Origin: Phyllosticta citribraziliensis
Lineage: Eukaryota
Assembly: GCF_038025025.1 (NCBI RefSeq)
Contig: NW_027117343.1
Coordinates: 1-64,000 of the forward strand
Length of the DNA stretch: 64,000 bases
Direction: 5' to 3'
Shown here: positions 46,542 through 58,369 of the stretch, piece by piece
How the letters are laid out: each line of letters starts with the position of its first letter
Numbering within the stretch: position 1 is the stretch's first letter
Position numbers and translations under genes: made by a program
Notes under the pieces: generated by a model
Told to the model about the DNA's origin: nothing
The model's input: the letters and a program-made list of their open reading frames with translations, nothing else
The model's database searches: none

Positions 46542-48159
46542 ATGCCAATCGACTACAGCAAATGGGTTTGTCTCGCAGTACCCCTCTGCAATCCCCCGTC
46601 TGACAAGCGTGCAGGACCAGCTGGAGCTCAGCGATGACTCCGACGTCGAAGTCCACCCCAATGTCGACAAGAACTCCTTCATTCGCGCAAAGCAGAGCCA
46701 AATCCACATGGAGCGAGAGCAGCGAAAGCATCGGATCGTCACCCTCAAGTACGAGCGCATAATCAATGACGGCCTCTTGCTGCGAATCGACAACCTCCTC
46801 ACGGCACTCAAGTCGCACAAGGATGCTTCCAACCCGGACAATGTCGACCAGCTCGTTTTTCAATCCCTGCTAGAGTCCGCCGACCCTTCAGCAGACTCGC
46901 CGCCCCCGCCTCCCGAGGGAGTACACACCCACATCAAGGAAAGGCCGACGTGGTCTAGAATGATGGCTTCGCTGGTCGATGAAGTCAAGAACCAGGTTGA
47001 CGAGAAGAAGCCAGCGCCCGAGCAGCGCTACGATACTTTCATAGAGCAGTTGGGGGAGGAAAAGAAGAAGGTTGCTGGCCTACAAGGACAATTGCTGACG
47101 GCGCTGGCCGAGCTGGAAAAGGAAGCAGCACGCCATATTACCAGCGACGACCTCAAGACCGGCTTCGACTACTCCAACGTCAAAAAGGCCGCAGAACAGC
47201 CCTCTACTGCGGGCTCGACCCAAAACGCCGATTCTGTCGAACTGCTGAACCCCAGCAGGCCTACTATTTCAGGTCGCGCGGATACTGGCCAGTCATCCGG
47301 CGCAGATGCCGACATTGAAGACGGCGCAACTGTGGACGACGACCCGGACAACGTCGTGGCCAGCAAAGACGCCAAGGAGTTTGCAAAGATTCCCGTGGGC
47401 GACTACCGCACATGCCTGCAATTTCTTTCGGACCACCCCCACATCCTCAAGGAAAGCGAAACGGACGGTCTTTTAGTTGAGGCTTTTGATGCCGAACTGG
47501 AGCAAAAGCACAAGTACTCCCACCAGTGCGTGCATCAAGCACTTCTTTTGCAATACTGCCGCCAACTGGGCCGCGATGGAGTACAGCTCTTTTTCAAACG
47601 GCAAGTATCCGCGCTCCAACTCAATCTCCTTTTCTAACGTAAAGACAGCATCACGACCAAGGAGCACCAGGCCCAGAAGCTCTTCTTGGATGACGTCAAC
47701 AACACGTACGGCCGCATCCGCACGCGGGCGGCAGAAATCAGAGAAGAGCGCAAGAGCAACCCGCAGCAAGAAGGTGTTGAACAAATTCAATTGCACGCTG
47801 TCGACCCCAACACCACCATCAGCATCCGCGTACCGCCTGCAGTGGACGAGTCCAACCCCGAAACCACATCGGAGGAGGCCAACGCTGCGCGAGCCATTTT
47901 TGATTCGTTCCCGCCCGGCCTGCAGAGAGCACTGCAAAGCGGCAGCCTAGACGAGGTCAACAAGGTCTTGGCCAAGATGAGTGTGGACGAGGCTGAGCAG
48001 ATTGTGGAGCAATTGGGCGACGGGGGCATGTTGAGCTTGGAGGAGGGAGTCATTGACGCCACGACCGAGGAGGGCCAGGCAAGGGTGAAGGAGATTGAGA
48101 GGACAGGACGTATGCCGGGCGAAGTGGAAGAGACGGAGCTGGCTGCAGACCCCGAGTGA
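46542..48159 (+). CDS. CDC37: Hsp90 kinase co-chaperone Cdc37
   Basis: MPIDYSKW|DQLELSDDSDVEVHPNVDKNSFIRAKQ; HQALLLQYC; SFPPGLQRAL; introns 46566-46614 (GT-AG) and 47601-47648 (GC-AG). Confidence 0.95.
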
Positions 48160-48802
48160 GGTTTGGCCTGTCTTGGATGACGCGGTCAGCATGGCAAATG
48201 TTTCATCCTGGGCGTTGATCAAGAGGGACTCGCAGGCTTTCACGATCAAAGAACATCACTAATAGAATACATGATCACACACAAGTTCAGCTTGTTGGAG
48301 AGGACAATGTAGAGCAAGGGGTGCACCTGAGCTTGGCAGCAATGCTACCCCTCTCGCAAGCCATTTACTGAGTTGCATCCCGTCGCCATGACCGGGGGGT
48401 TGATGTGTTCGAATCATGATTGGCACACGCCTAGACATGCTCTGACAAAAGGCCACGGTTGAAACCAGGACAGAAAGTGTTTACTTGGCCGCTCCACCTC
48501 ATGCCGTGCTGCCCTGGGTCGTCCGGGTGTTTGGCGCAGGGAGTGAAACCTCCGAGATTCAGCCGCTCGCAGTCGTCACAACCAACCGAACCGCGGCGGA
48601 CGTCAGGTCAACCTCCGCCAACCCAACCTCAGCTGTGCTACTCTCCTCACTCAACAAGCCGGACGCGCTGCCGACCACATTCCTCTCCGCCTGGCGCATA
48701 CTATGAAGCGTCAGTTGCGTCCTTGCCAGTCAAGGCCGCCAACTCTTCGCTGACAGCCAAGCTACTGCAGCTAAATGAGCCCCTCTGTTCACGTCTCCCA
48801 CC

Positions 48803-51800
48803 ATGTTCAACATCTCCAATCTGGTAGCGAAAGCCCAGCAGTTTATTGAGCCGTCACTGTCCCTGTCTACCACAAACTCAGGCCGCCCTTCGAAAGCCAC
48901 CCTCTTCCGCCACCAATTCCGCCTCCCGGAGAACCAGAATCCCCTGCAGGAGATCACCGCCGAGCTCACCCTCGTCGCGCCTCAGTCCACTCGCGGGGCA
49001 CAAGATGGCGCATCAAGCGCCGAAGCTCGCCAGGGGAGTCATTACATTGGAAAGCTGCATCTCAGCGAACAATACCTCTGCTTCTCGACGCAGGGCAGCA
49101 GCTTCCTGTCGAGCGCAAGTCTGAGTTCCAGCTCCGCCTTTACCGGACAGACACACGGCGCAGGCCCGGCTGGCAACGGCTTCACCCTCCCACTTTGCAC
49201 CATTAGGCGCGTCGAGCGATTGCACAGCCAGAGTTACATGTTTGCCCTGGCCATAACGACGATAAACGGTCTCATCGATACGACCAAGGCGAAAAAGGAC
49301 GGCGTAGTGCCGCAGAAGCTGACCATCCAGCTGGCTGGCACTCGGCAACAATGCGAAAGGTTCTGCGACGGCCTCAAGCGCGGTTTGCGGGAAGGCGTCA
49401 AGGATGTCGAGAACTTGAAGGCGGTGATACAAGACTGCTACTCGGAGTACTTGTTATCGGAAGACGTAAAGCCCAAAGAAGGAGACAAGGAGGATGAGCC
49501 CAAGAGACAACCGCCAGATACCGGTCTAGGAACCCAGTTCAAATACCCTGGTAACCCCCGCAAGCTGCGAGAACCTACCAAGATCAGACTGTGGCGCGAG
49601 TACCTCCGCGAGAACGGCCGCAACGCGACTTTGATGCGCCAGCCAACTTTCCACAAGCTCATTCGCGTTGGTCTCCCGAACCGTCTGAGGGGCGAGATCT
49701 GGGAGCTCACCTCGGGCTCATTCTTTCTCCGCCTGCAAAACCCCAAACTCTATGAAGAAACCATATCCAAAAACGTGGGGCGAGAGTCCCTGGCAATAGA
49801 CGAGATTGAAAAAGATCTTAACAGGAGTTTGCCCGAGTATCCCGGCTTTCAGAGCGATGAGGGAATCAATCGTCTTAGACGCGTCCTTACTGCCTATAGC
49901 TGGACCAATCCCCGGGTTGGATACTGCCAGGCCATGAACATCGTCGTTGCTGCGCTCCTCATGTATGTGTGACCTGTGACTTTGAAGCACTTCCGCTGAT
50001 ATCAGCAGATACATGTCCGAATCGCAGGCCTTCTTCATCCTCTCCATTTTGTGTGACCGGTTGCTTCCAGGATACTACTCGACAACCATGTACGGAACCC
50101 TTTTGGACCAGCGCGTATTTGAGTCTCTTGTCGAGAAGACGATGCCGATTCTTTGGGAACACCTCGTCAAGCAAGACATTCAACTCTCCGTTGTTTCCCT
50201 ACCTTGGTTTCTTTCCCTCTACATCAATTCCATGCCTCTGATATTTGCGTTTCGTGTTTTGGATGTCTTCTTCCTTGAAGGTCCCAAGGTTCTCTTCCAG
50301 ATTGGTCTGGCAATCCTCAGGATCAATGGCGAAGAGCTGCTGGACGCAACCGACGACGGAACCTTCATCTCCGTCCTCAAGACTTACTTTGCACGCCTGG
50401 ATGAGTCGGCACACCCCAAATCGGACAATCCCAAGCTGCGCGCAGTCACGAAGTTTCAGGAACTCATGGTCATTGCCTTCAAAGAGTTTGCAGGCATCAC
50501 CCAAAACACAATTTCGGAACAGCGGGCCAAGCACAAGGACGCGGTGATGGAAAATATCGAAAACTTTGCAAAGCGCACCTCGCTGCGCAACCTTGGTCCC
50601 GACAGCAAAAAACTCAGCGTGAACGACCTCGGCTTCCTGTACGATAGATTCTACGGCGTCCTTTACGGACGCCAGCAGAGGGCTCAGTTGGCAAAGCAAG
50701 AGGAAGAACGCAAAGAGAGGGCCAGTAAGATGAGAGCTTCTCAAATCATTACAGGATTTTCCTTTGGAAGCGACGTTGAAAAAGGCCGTGTAGCCCTTGG
50801 ACCCAGTCCTACGCAAATGGACTATGATGCATTCAGAGAGTTTTTGGCCGGTAAGACTTCCACCACACTTGATCTTGCATCATTTCTGACATTCGCAGGA
50901 ATTGCAAGATGGGCCGTCACGGATTCGCCAACCTCTCCTCAAGATCCTCAACAACCGCAATCGTATTGGAACAAGGCAAAACCCAGTCTATCTCCTTGGG
51001 GCAGTGGCCCCGAGCCTACGGATCACGAGTTCATGCAACGTCTGTTTAGGCATTGGGACAAGGATGGCAACGGTCAACTGAGTCTTCAAAACATCGTTTC
51101 TGGTTTTGCAGCAGTCAAAGGATCCAAAGACATCATGGCCAACATTGCCTACTTTTTCGACCTTTACGATGACGACAAGGACGGCAAAGTTGATCGCGAG
51201 GGCATTCTCAGAATTTCAGAGGCGCTTCTTTTCCTCACTCGCCGTGGCCTCGAGCTTCGGTCAGCATCAAGTTCAACCGACGCTTTGCAGCCCGCAAACC
51301 CAGTGGAACCCGAAAAGGAGAATGATGACGAGGCCATTCTTAACAGTATATCGGCATTCATTCGCCGGTGCTTCGAATACGCCGACCCAGGACATGATAT
51401 CAACAAAGCAGCTCAATCCGCGGTTAAGGACACGGCCGACGCAGTCAACGACTTCAGCATCGGCGACGAAGACGACGAGGACAATCTTATCGACGTCGAT
51501 GATGATGCTTCGGCCAAACCTGACAGCAAACCAACCATCAACACTCAAATTACTGTTCCAGAGTCGTCCGCAAAATCCCCAACCTCGCCAAAGCCGGACG
51601 TAACGTCGGCCAACCTCGCTCTCGACCCTGCGCATCCCCTCTACATCACCCTCCCGACTTTCCGCATGGTCATCCTCGCCGACGAAACCCTGGAGCACTT
51701 CTTCGACCGCGCCTTTTCCAACTCTTTCCGCCTCTCCGACATCCCCATTGCTCCAGCCGCAACACTCACCACCTTTGCCAACGCCGGTAAAGTTTCTCCT

Positions 51801-52283
51801 CCCGGCGGCGGCTCAACGCCAACGGCGTCGTCTGGCCTGGGAAGCGGGCTCCCAACGGTCCCGTCAACGGGCGGCGTCGTCCCGCCTGGAAAGGGGCTCC
51901 GCGGCATGTTGGACAACATCGTCAGCGACGGCATGCGCGTGGCGGCCGAGGTTAAGCGCCGCATGGACGAGGCGCAGCGCGAGATGGAAACGACGGGCGG
52001 CAAGGCGGGCCAGGACGACGACGAAGACGGCGACGAGGAGGGCGGAGGTGCCGAGGGCGATCGCGACCTCCTCGAGGGCGCCGAGGCTGCGGACGTTCAG
52101 ATGCACGAGGAGAAGAAGGGGCACGAGCAGAGTCTTATCGATGCGGGTGAGGGCGGTGGTGGTGGTGCTTCGGCGGGAGCCAGTAAAGACGACACAGGCA
52201 AGCTGGACGCGAGTGGTAGGGCGAGGAGTGGGAGCGCGGCGAGCAAGCGCGTCGTCGAGTTTGACCGTGGGTCGACGTTGTAA
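48803..52283 (+). CDS. GRAM-TBC-EF-hand Rab GTPase-activating protein (Gyp2/Mdr1-like)
   Basis: GRAM-like GKLHLSEQYLCFS; TBC IEKDLNRS and GYCQAMN; EF-hands DKDGNGQL and DDDKDGKVD; introns 49963-50008 and 50851-50898. Confidence 0.92.
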
Positions 52284-53529
52284 TTCTACTGAGTGAGAGA
52301 GAAAGAGTGTTTTCGACATGCCTACACACCTGCCTACCTTCTCATAGCGTCATTCATCTTCTTTGGCCTGTCTGTTCGTTTGCCTGCCTGTCTGTCTACC
52401 TGTCCGCGTTTTCCCCAGCCTAGCCCGTCCACGGTCGGTCAGGTTCGTTCGAGTGTGTGGTGTTTGGTCTTGTTGTCGTTGCTGACGTTGGATCGCAGAG
52501 CTAGCTGAGCGGGCGGCAGACAAGAGTGGACGACGGACCACACAGACAACACCGTATCCAAGACACATTGGGTATGCAGCAGCCTCTTTATTTCTCCATT
52601 TCACCCCATCGCTACTCGTTTCTCTTCTCTGTCTAACGTAAGATATGTACAGTGGGAGGTGCGCAAGCGCCGTCACAGTTATTTGCCGCGACGATTCCAT
52701 TCCACACGCTTCTGTTCCATGAACCAGCCCTTTGGCGGACGACAACGGCAATGAGGACTAGCCTTGTTTTCAGAAGCCTCTTTGTTTCTCCTCCATCTCC
52801 GCCTGGGTTTCTTTTCCTCTCACCATGTGCAGGGCGTGGTGTGCAAACGCCGTCCGGGTTCTTTTGCCGCCACTTTTCGTTTCATCCACTGCTTGCTCGA
52901 TGACTTTGAGGACGTGGGGATGAGGGCTGCGCCGCGATGATTATTGATGGATGCTGCACTTGACACAACGTGTTAGCTGGCCGTCATGCCCCGGATGACA
53001 CAAAAACAGGAGTTTGAAGTATCTGGCCAAACAATGAGGGTGGGGAGGAGAAGGCGCAGCGGCAAGGACGAACTGAACAGACTGATCTACCCCGACCAAG
53101 GACTCAGGCTCACTCGACTCACTCCTGCCCAGTGTCGTGCAGTCCGTATACACGCGAAGGTCGTGACAAATATGCCTTCTGCCTGTGTGTGTGCGACGCC
53201 TCTTTCGTCAGCCGGCGCTTTGCTCCCGCGGGAGGGACGCTTGCAACGAGAGGATTTGAGAATGGAATCAAGAGATACGGAAGGGGACAAAAGTGCTAGG
53301 GACAAGAAGTTGTGGGGTTGGTTGGGGTTGGACGAACCTCCGGCGACGCGTCGACACAACTGGGCCTCTGGACGACAATGCGGTGTTTTCCGCAACGAAC
53401 CAGCCCTTCCCGTGGAGCAGACCCATCGTACACCATCCTCATGGCTAGGCCGTCCTGCTGGATCGCGACAACCCCGCCCAGCATGGCTCCACCGACTAGC
53501 GTTCTGCCGGAGAGCCGGGAGCCGGTCCA

Positions 53530-53940
53530 TCAGCAATACACATCGTGCTCCGATATGTCCGAATCCCCAAAAGTGGCTCCCGCATCGGAAAGGCACACCT
53601 GCTTGTTGTAGTTGTCCGAGTCACAGCCCCTCGATAGCCGCCATACGGTGTGCTCGGTGAGACAGGTGCACACCTTGACGGGCGGGTTGCCCATGAACTT
53701 GGGAGCGGTCCTGACAGTCACTGGCGTCATTCCGTCCCTGCCAACGCAGAAGTCGAGAGCCTTCTGGTGGACGAGGCTGGCGAACGCGTTGCATCGATCC
53801 GCACAAGACTCGGCGGTGCCGATACCGACCACGAGGGTGCACTCTGCCTGCATCTGGTTGCAGCCCTTTGCGGCGTGCGCGTTGCGCACTGAAGCCAGAA
53901 AGAGCATGAAAATGCAGAGTAGGCGATTCATTTTCGGCAT
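53530..53940 (-). CDS. Small secreted Cys-rich protein A (candidate effector, LARS-like)
   Basis: Signal peptide (MPK)MNRLLCIFMLFLASVRNAHA; 10 Cys in the mature part; VCTC..VWRL; ends in Cys; start at 53940 or 53931. Confidence 0.8.
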   Translation of the reverse strand: MPKMNRLLCIFMLFLASVRNAHAAKGCNQMQAECTLVVGIGTAESCADRCNAFASLVHQKALDFCVGRDGMTPVTVRTAPKFMGNPPVKVCTCLTEHTVWRLSRGCDSDNYNKQVCLSDAGATFGDSDISEHDVYC

Positions 53941-54633
53941 CTTTGGTGGTGATTGACGGGCGTTGGCAAAGATGTGATGAGGATGAGCGTGGTCTTGAGG
54001 ATGCAAAGTAGAAGATGGAGGCACTGCCTTTTCTGTCCACATCTGGTATGTTCCGCCGTAGTTTTGTACCCTGCCTGTTTCTGCTGACCTGATGAAGCTC
54101 TGCCTGTCCATCCGCCGAACTCTGTTCGCCCCATCCTTTACATGATCACTGAACTATGTTGGGTATGCTGCTGGCCTTACCGCTACATTTTCTTGATAAA
54201 CTAGGTTTAATGAAAGCGGAAAATTGACACTGAACACTAAGTCCTCCGAGGAAACGAAAAGCCATAGTGGAATCTGAGGAAGCTCAGTTGACTGAGGGCG
54301 TGCAGTGGTCCGGCGGCGCTTATCACATCACTTTTACGGTTACGAGACGGCTACCCTGGGCCATGAGAAAACGGCAAAAGCTTCAATTATCCTCTGCAAG
54401 GACAGGTAGACTCACCGTTTGTTTCGGATTCAGCTGAAATTCAAAGTCATCTCTTTTTCCACATGGCAGGCTATGAGGCATCTCACGGGGACTGAATTCC
54501 TACGCGCCAAGTTGCTTGTTAGGTACTTGTACCTGAGTCTCCTTTTCAAACTGCTCGACCAAACCGACCGTCTCTCCCCACATACGCGAGCCTCTCGTTT
54601 CAACCATTTTCAGTCCATCGTTTTCCACGCGCA

Positions 54634-55038
54634 ATGCAGCTCCTCATAGCATTGCTGGCGCTCCTCACCCTCGCGCCCATCGCCTCCGCCGCAGACTGCA
54701 AGCACGTGCGAGTGCAATGCCTGCGCGCCATCATCACGACAGAAGACTGTGACGACGCCTGCAACGACTTCCACGAGCAGATCAACGACTGGGAATACGA
54801 CCACACTGCCGACCCGTGCGGCGGCAACCTGTCCCCCGCCGTCGTGCTATCCAAAGACGTGACGTGCCCCTGCACCGGCATCAGGCTGTGTGCGTGTTCG
54901 GGGTCCCGCGTGGCTTTCAAGGTGCGCAAGGCAGTTGGAGGCGCGGACTGCAGCAACGATGCCTATGCCAGCCGCAATTGTCCTGCCAACTCGGATATGG
55001 CGAACGGCGCAGTTGTCGACGATGATACGGACTGTTGA
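54634..55038 (+). CDS. Small secreted Cys-rich protein B (candidate effector, LARS-like)
   Basis: Signal peptide MQLLIALLALLTLAPIASA; 12 Cys; CPC..LCAC; ends in Cys; strong GC3 bias. Confidence 0.88.
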   Translation: MQLLIALLALLTLAPIASAADCKHVRVQCLRAIITTEDCDDACNDFHEQINDWEYDHTADPCGGNLSPAVVLSKDVTCPCTGIRLCACSGSRVAFKVRKAVGGADCSNDAYASRNCPANSDMANGAVVDDDTDC

Positions 55039-55972
55039 TGGAAAGGCGGTCTCATTACTTTCTCCAAGCTCGTACGCCACACGCCTACCGGACTTGATCG
55101 CCAGAGTGGTTAGCAAGATGGTTAAAAGGGCGGGCACAAGCTGTGTGCGAATGCGAATGCGAATGGAACCGCCAAGGGAAGCTGTGGCAGATTTCTTCAG
55201 TCAAGCAATGCAACTCCGGCAGCACTGCACGGCTACAACTCCAAGTTATTGCGTGCACATTTGGTGTTGGGCGTCTGGCTATGACAGACCAAATAGATGT
55301 TGAGCAGATGGGCCGTCGACCAATCAGAACCAGAGTTTTACGACCCGCCGCGCACTTCTCGCTTTCGCATTCGGTCGAGCGGCGTACAACCTTATTGATT
55401 TACCAATACCAAGTCTTGTCCATGGCTGCAAAGCTTCCTTATAGTCGCACACGTTGATCTCCGATTCTTTACTTTTCTCGGCATCTTGACCCTGAATTCT
55501 TGGTTTCTGGGATGGACTTTCCTCTTTGGGCGGTCGTTTGGTTACGCCTTCCGATGCTTGCGTTGCCCAGCGGTACCGCTCACCTTGTTGGTAGCTGCGC
55601 GGCTCTAGCTCAAGAGGTCGGCCACGATAAGGGGATGAGAGTTTTGGTAAACGTAGCCGCTTTTGATTTGAGTGTCTGCCAGGGGCGGCGAATATGTTCA
55701 CCTTTTGCTAACTGTTAGTCTGTCTAAGACGCAGGAACCAAACCTAATCCGCACTTTTCATTCTGGCGCTTCTTCATGCCGTGTAAGGTGGCTATTCTAA
55801 CGGACGAGCGGCTCTTCCCAGTCGGCACTTTGGTATCAGCCGGCATTTCTCATCAACGCCGGGATCAATTAAACAAGAAACAAGCCTTGCATCGAGAAAG
55901 CTTGTCCTCCTTTACACCATTTATCAAATTCGTCCGATGGCCTCAGCGCTTTTTGTCCGTCCCCAGCCGTGT

Positions 55973-55996
55973 CCCCCCCCCCCCCCCCCCCCCCCC
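55973..55996. repeat. Poly-C homopolymer (24 nt)
   Basis: Direct reading. Confidence 0.9.
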
Positions 55997-56530
55997 TTAT
56001 TTTCGATGCTCGAACGTCGTCTTCATTGCCCCGCCGTAGTTCACTTTTCCTATGTGTTGTGGCTTTTCTGTGCTGTGACTTTCTGCACGGCATGAATCAT
56101 TTGAATGATTAACCGCGGTCCACGTTGGAAATTACGGGTCGCTGATTGAACATGCTTGGGGAAACAGAGTAAGTCGGAAAGAGGAATTGATTTTGGTTTG
56201 CACGTCCGCCAGGGGCTGACTTCCTGGCATCCGGGTGATACTATTTACTCCGGAGGTTTCCATGCTCCAATCTACTTCCATGACACCACATATGATATTG
56301 CGAGAAATCCAGCAAACCTTTTGACGTAGACGAGCCAGAGGGAACCGGCGAGACTCAGGCCTGCGGTTCAGGCTGAGATGTCTGTCCTTGAGGAGCTGAT
56401 CGATTCGCGAGCCAGATCATCGGTATTGGATAATCATGGCTGAGAGGCTATGGATTTACTGGTTGCGGACGGCTCGATCCGTCGCATTTGGATTCGTATT
56501 GTTGGGTGGAAAACTGACGCAGCCACTCCC

Positions 56531-57093
56531 TCATCCGAACTGCTCCCAGTCGGGCTCCTCCAAGGCCTTTGGTTGACCGGCCGAGTGGTCAGTGGCCATC
56601 ATCTCCAGCACTTCCCTCTCCGAAGCCTCCACCACCTCCACATCGTCAAAGTGCTCCGGGTGCTCGAGAGCGCTAGCGCCCTCGCCCCCCTCTTCTTCTT
56701 CGCCGCCCGCACCTCCGCTCTGGACCTGGACCTGGCCCGGGTCCTGGTTCTCCTCCTCCTGGCCGTTGTTGACCTGGCCATCACCCGGGGCGTCCTCCAT
56801 CTCGACGTCTCCATCCTGGTTCTCCTCCCCCTGGTTCTGGCCCCCCTTGCACGACTTCCTCATGTGGCGCTGCAAGGTGTAGTAGTCGTCGGACGACATG
56901 GAGCAGCCGCCGCACTGGTACACCTTGCCCTCAGGGTGTGCCGCTCGGTGGTGCTCGATCAGGCGCGGATGGCTGGAGAACTGCTGCTGACAGATGCGGC
57001 AACGCTTCGGGTGCTCGTGGTTGGTAGCGTTGCTAGCTTCAGCAATTGTCAGCAAGTTTCTCGAGATCAAGGATGGACTGTAGACTCACCCAT
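56531..57093 (-). CDS. Zinc-finger paralog 1 (one C2H2+C2HC module, acidic tail)
   Basis: ATGG, intron 57037-57089, then MASNATNHEHPKRCRICQQQFSSHPRLIEHHRAAH..YQCGGC..RHMRKSC. Confidence 0.82.
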
Positions 57094-58138
57094 TGCTGAG
57101 GTTGTAGAGCTTTTTAGATTTGATTCGGTGAAAAGGGAAAAGAGACAGAGGTTCCAACGGGCTGCGCTTCCAGTGTCAGTAAATGTTGTTGTGTGAGGAG
57201 GCAGTGCATATCCGTTACCTTGAGCGTGTGGATGGCGAGACTGAGGGCTCAAATCCGTGATCTGATCTCAACGGTGCTTCGAAGATCACTCTCAAGAGCT
57301 TGTCCGAAAGTCGAACCGGTGCTCAAGCTCAAGATGGTGAGGTTGGTGTTGTGATCCGGCTGAGCAGAGGTTGAGGAATCAGTGGTGTTGAGAGGGAGAG
57401 GAAGATGCGTCAAAGAATCGAGGCGTTGGCTCAAGGTAGTCGAGGAAAAGAATTTTGAAGTCACAATATTTATCTGGCGCCAGAGTGCGTTGGCGTGCCG
57501 GAGGCTTGAAGTCCTGAGGAAGGTGCGGCATCATGGGTACCGCCTGCTCCAGCGCCTGCGGCCACAAAATAAACCGTCTGGTGTTGACCATGCTCAGGAA
57601 TTGCAGATGCTGTGTAAATAGAAAGAGGGAAAATTGGTGGCCGTATACAGATGAAAGAGTTCTGTTCGAAAAGTCACGATCTTGATTTGTTGTCATTTTT
57701 GGTGTTGCACGCCTTGCCAAAGTCTGGCCTCTTAACCACTTCGCGCAATGGCAAGAAGCTCTTTTGAACGAGCACCCAAGTATGGCCGAGTGCCAACGAG
57801 AGAGCTCGAGTACTTTGCAATGCTTGAAACGAATGCTTGCGCCTCTGCCTAATTGTCCTTCAGAGCCTCACGAAGCCCGTCTGTGTCAAGCTTCTTCCCG
57901 CTGCTGTAGTAGACTGCCTTCTCATGGATTCGCTTGCGGTAATTCATGTCTAAGACGACGTAAGACCAATGAGCATGGCAGCCGTGCATCAAGTTATCAA
58001 CCTCCTGACTGCCATTTTCAACGCTACTATTTTTTTACCACTACTCTATGCCCTGGCCTCAACACGGACCTTTGCCTGCATTACACATTAACAACTTCCA
58101 TACCCTCTGTCACGCAGGTGTGGATCGCTGCTCACCTT

Positions 58139-58369
58139 CTACTCCCGCGGCTCACTACCCATGAACCAAGTGGTGGCCTCAGTAGTGGAGGCACTCTCCT
58201 CAGCATCTTCAGGGTGGACCCAAATGCAGCCAGCGTCGATGTAGGCACAATCGGTACAGGCACCGCCAAACATGATGCCATCATCCTCGCAGTCCGTCCT
58301 GCGGGTCACCTTCTTGCAAAACATGAAAATGCCACCATCCTTCGACGAGCAGGCCTTGCAGGGCTTCAT
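58139..58369 (-). CDS. Small Cys-rich ORF (76 aa), DUF3716-like Cys pattern; ATG overlaps the stop of zinc-finger paralog 2
   Basis: MKPCKACSSKDGGIFMFCKKV...FGGACTDCAYIDAGCIW; coding-like composition; TGATG junction at 58367-58371. Confidence 0.45.
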   Translation of the reverse strand: MKPCKACSSKDGGIFMFCKKVTRRTDCEDDGIMFGGACTDCAYIDAGCIWVHPEDAEESASTTEATTWFMGSEPRE

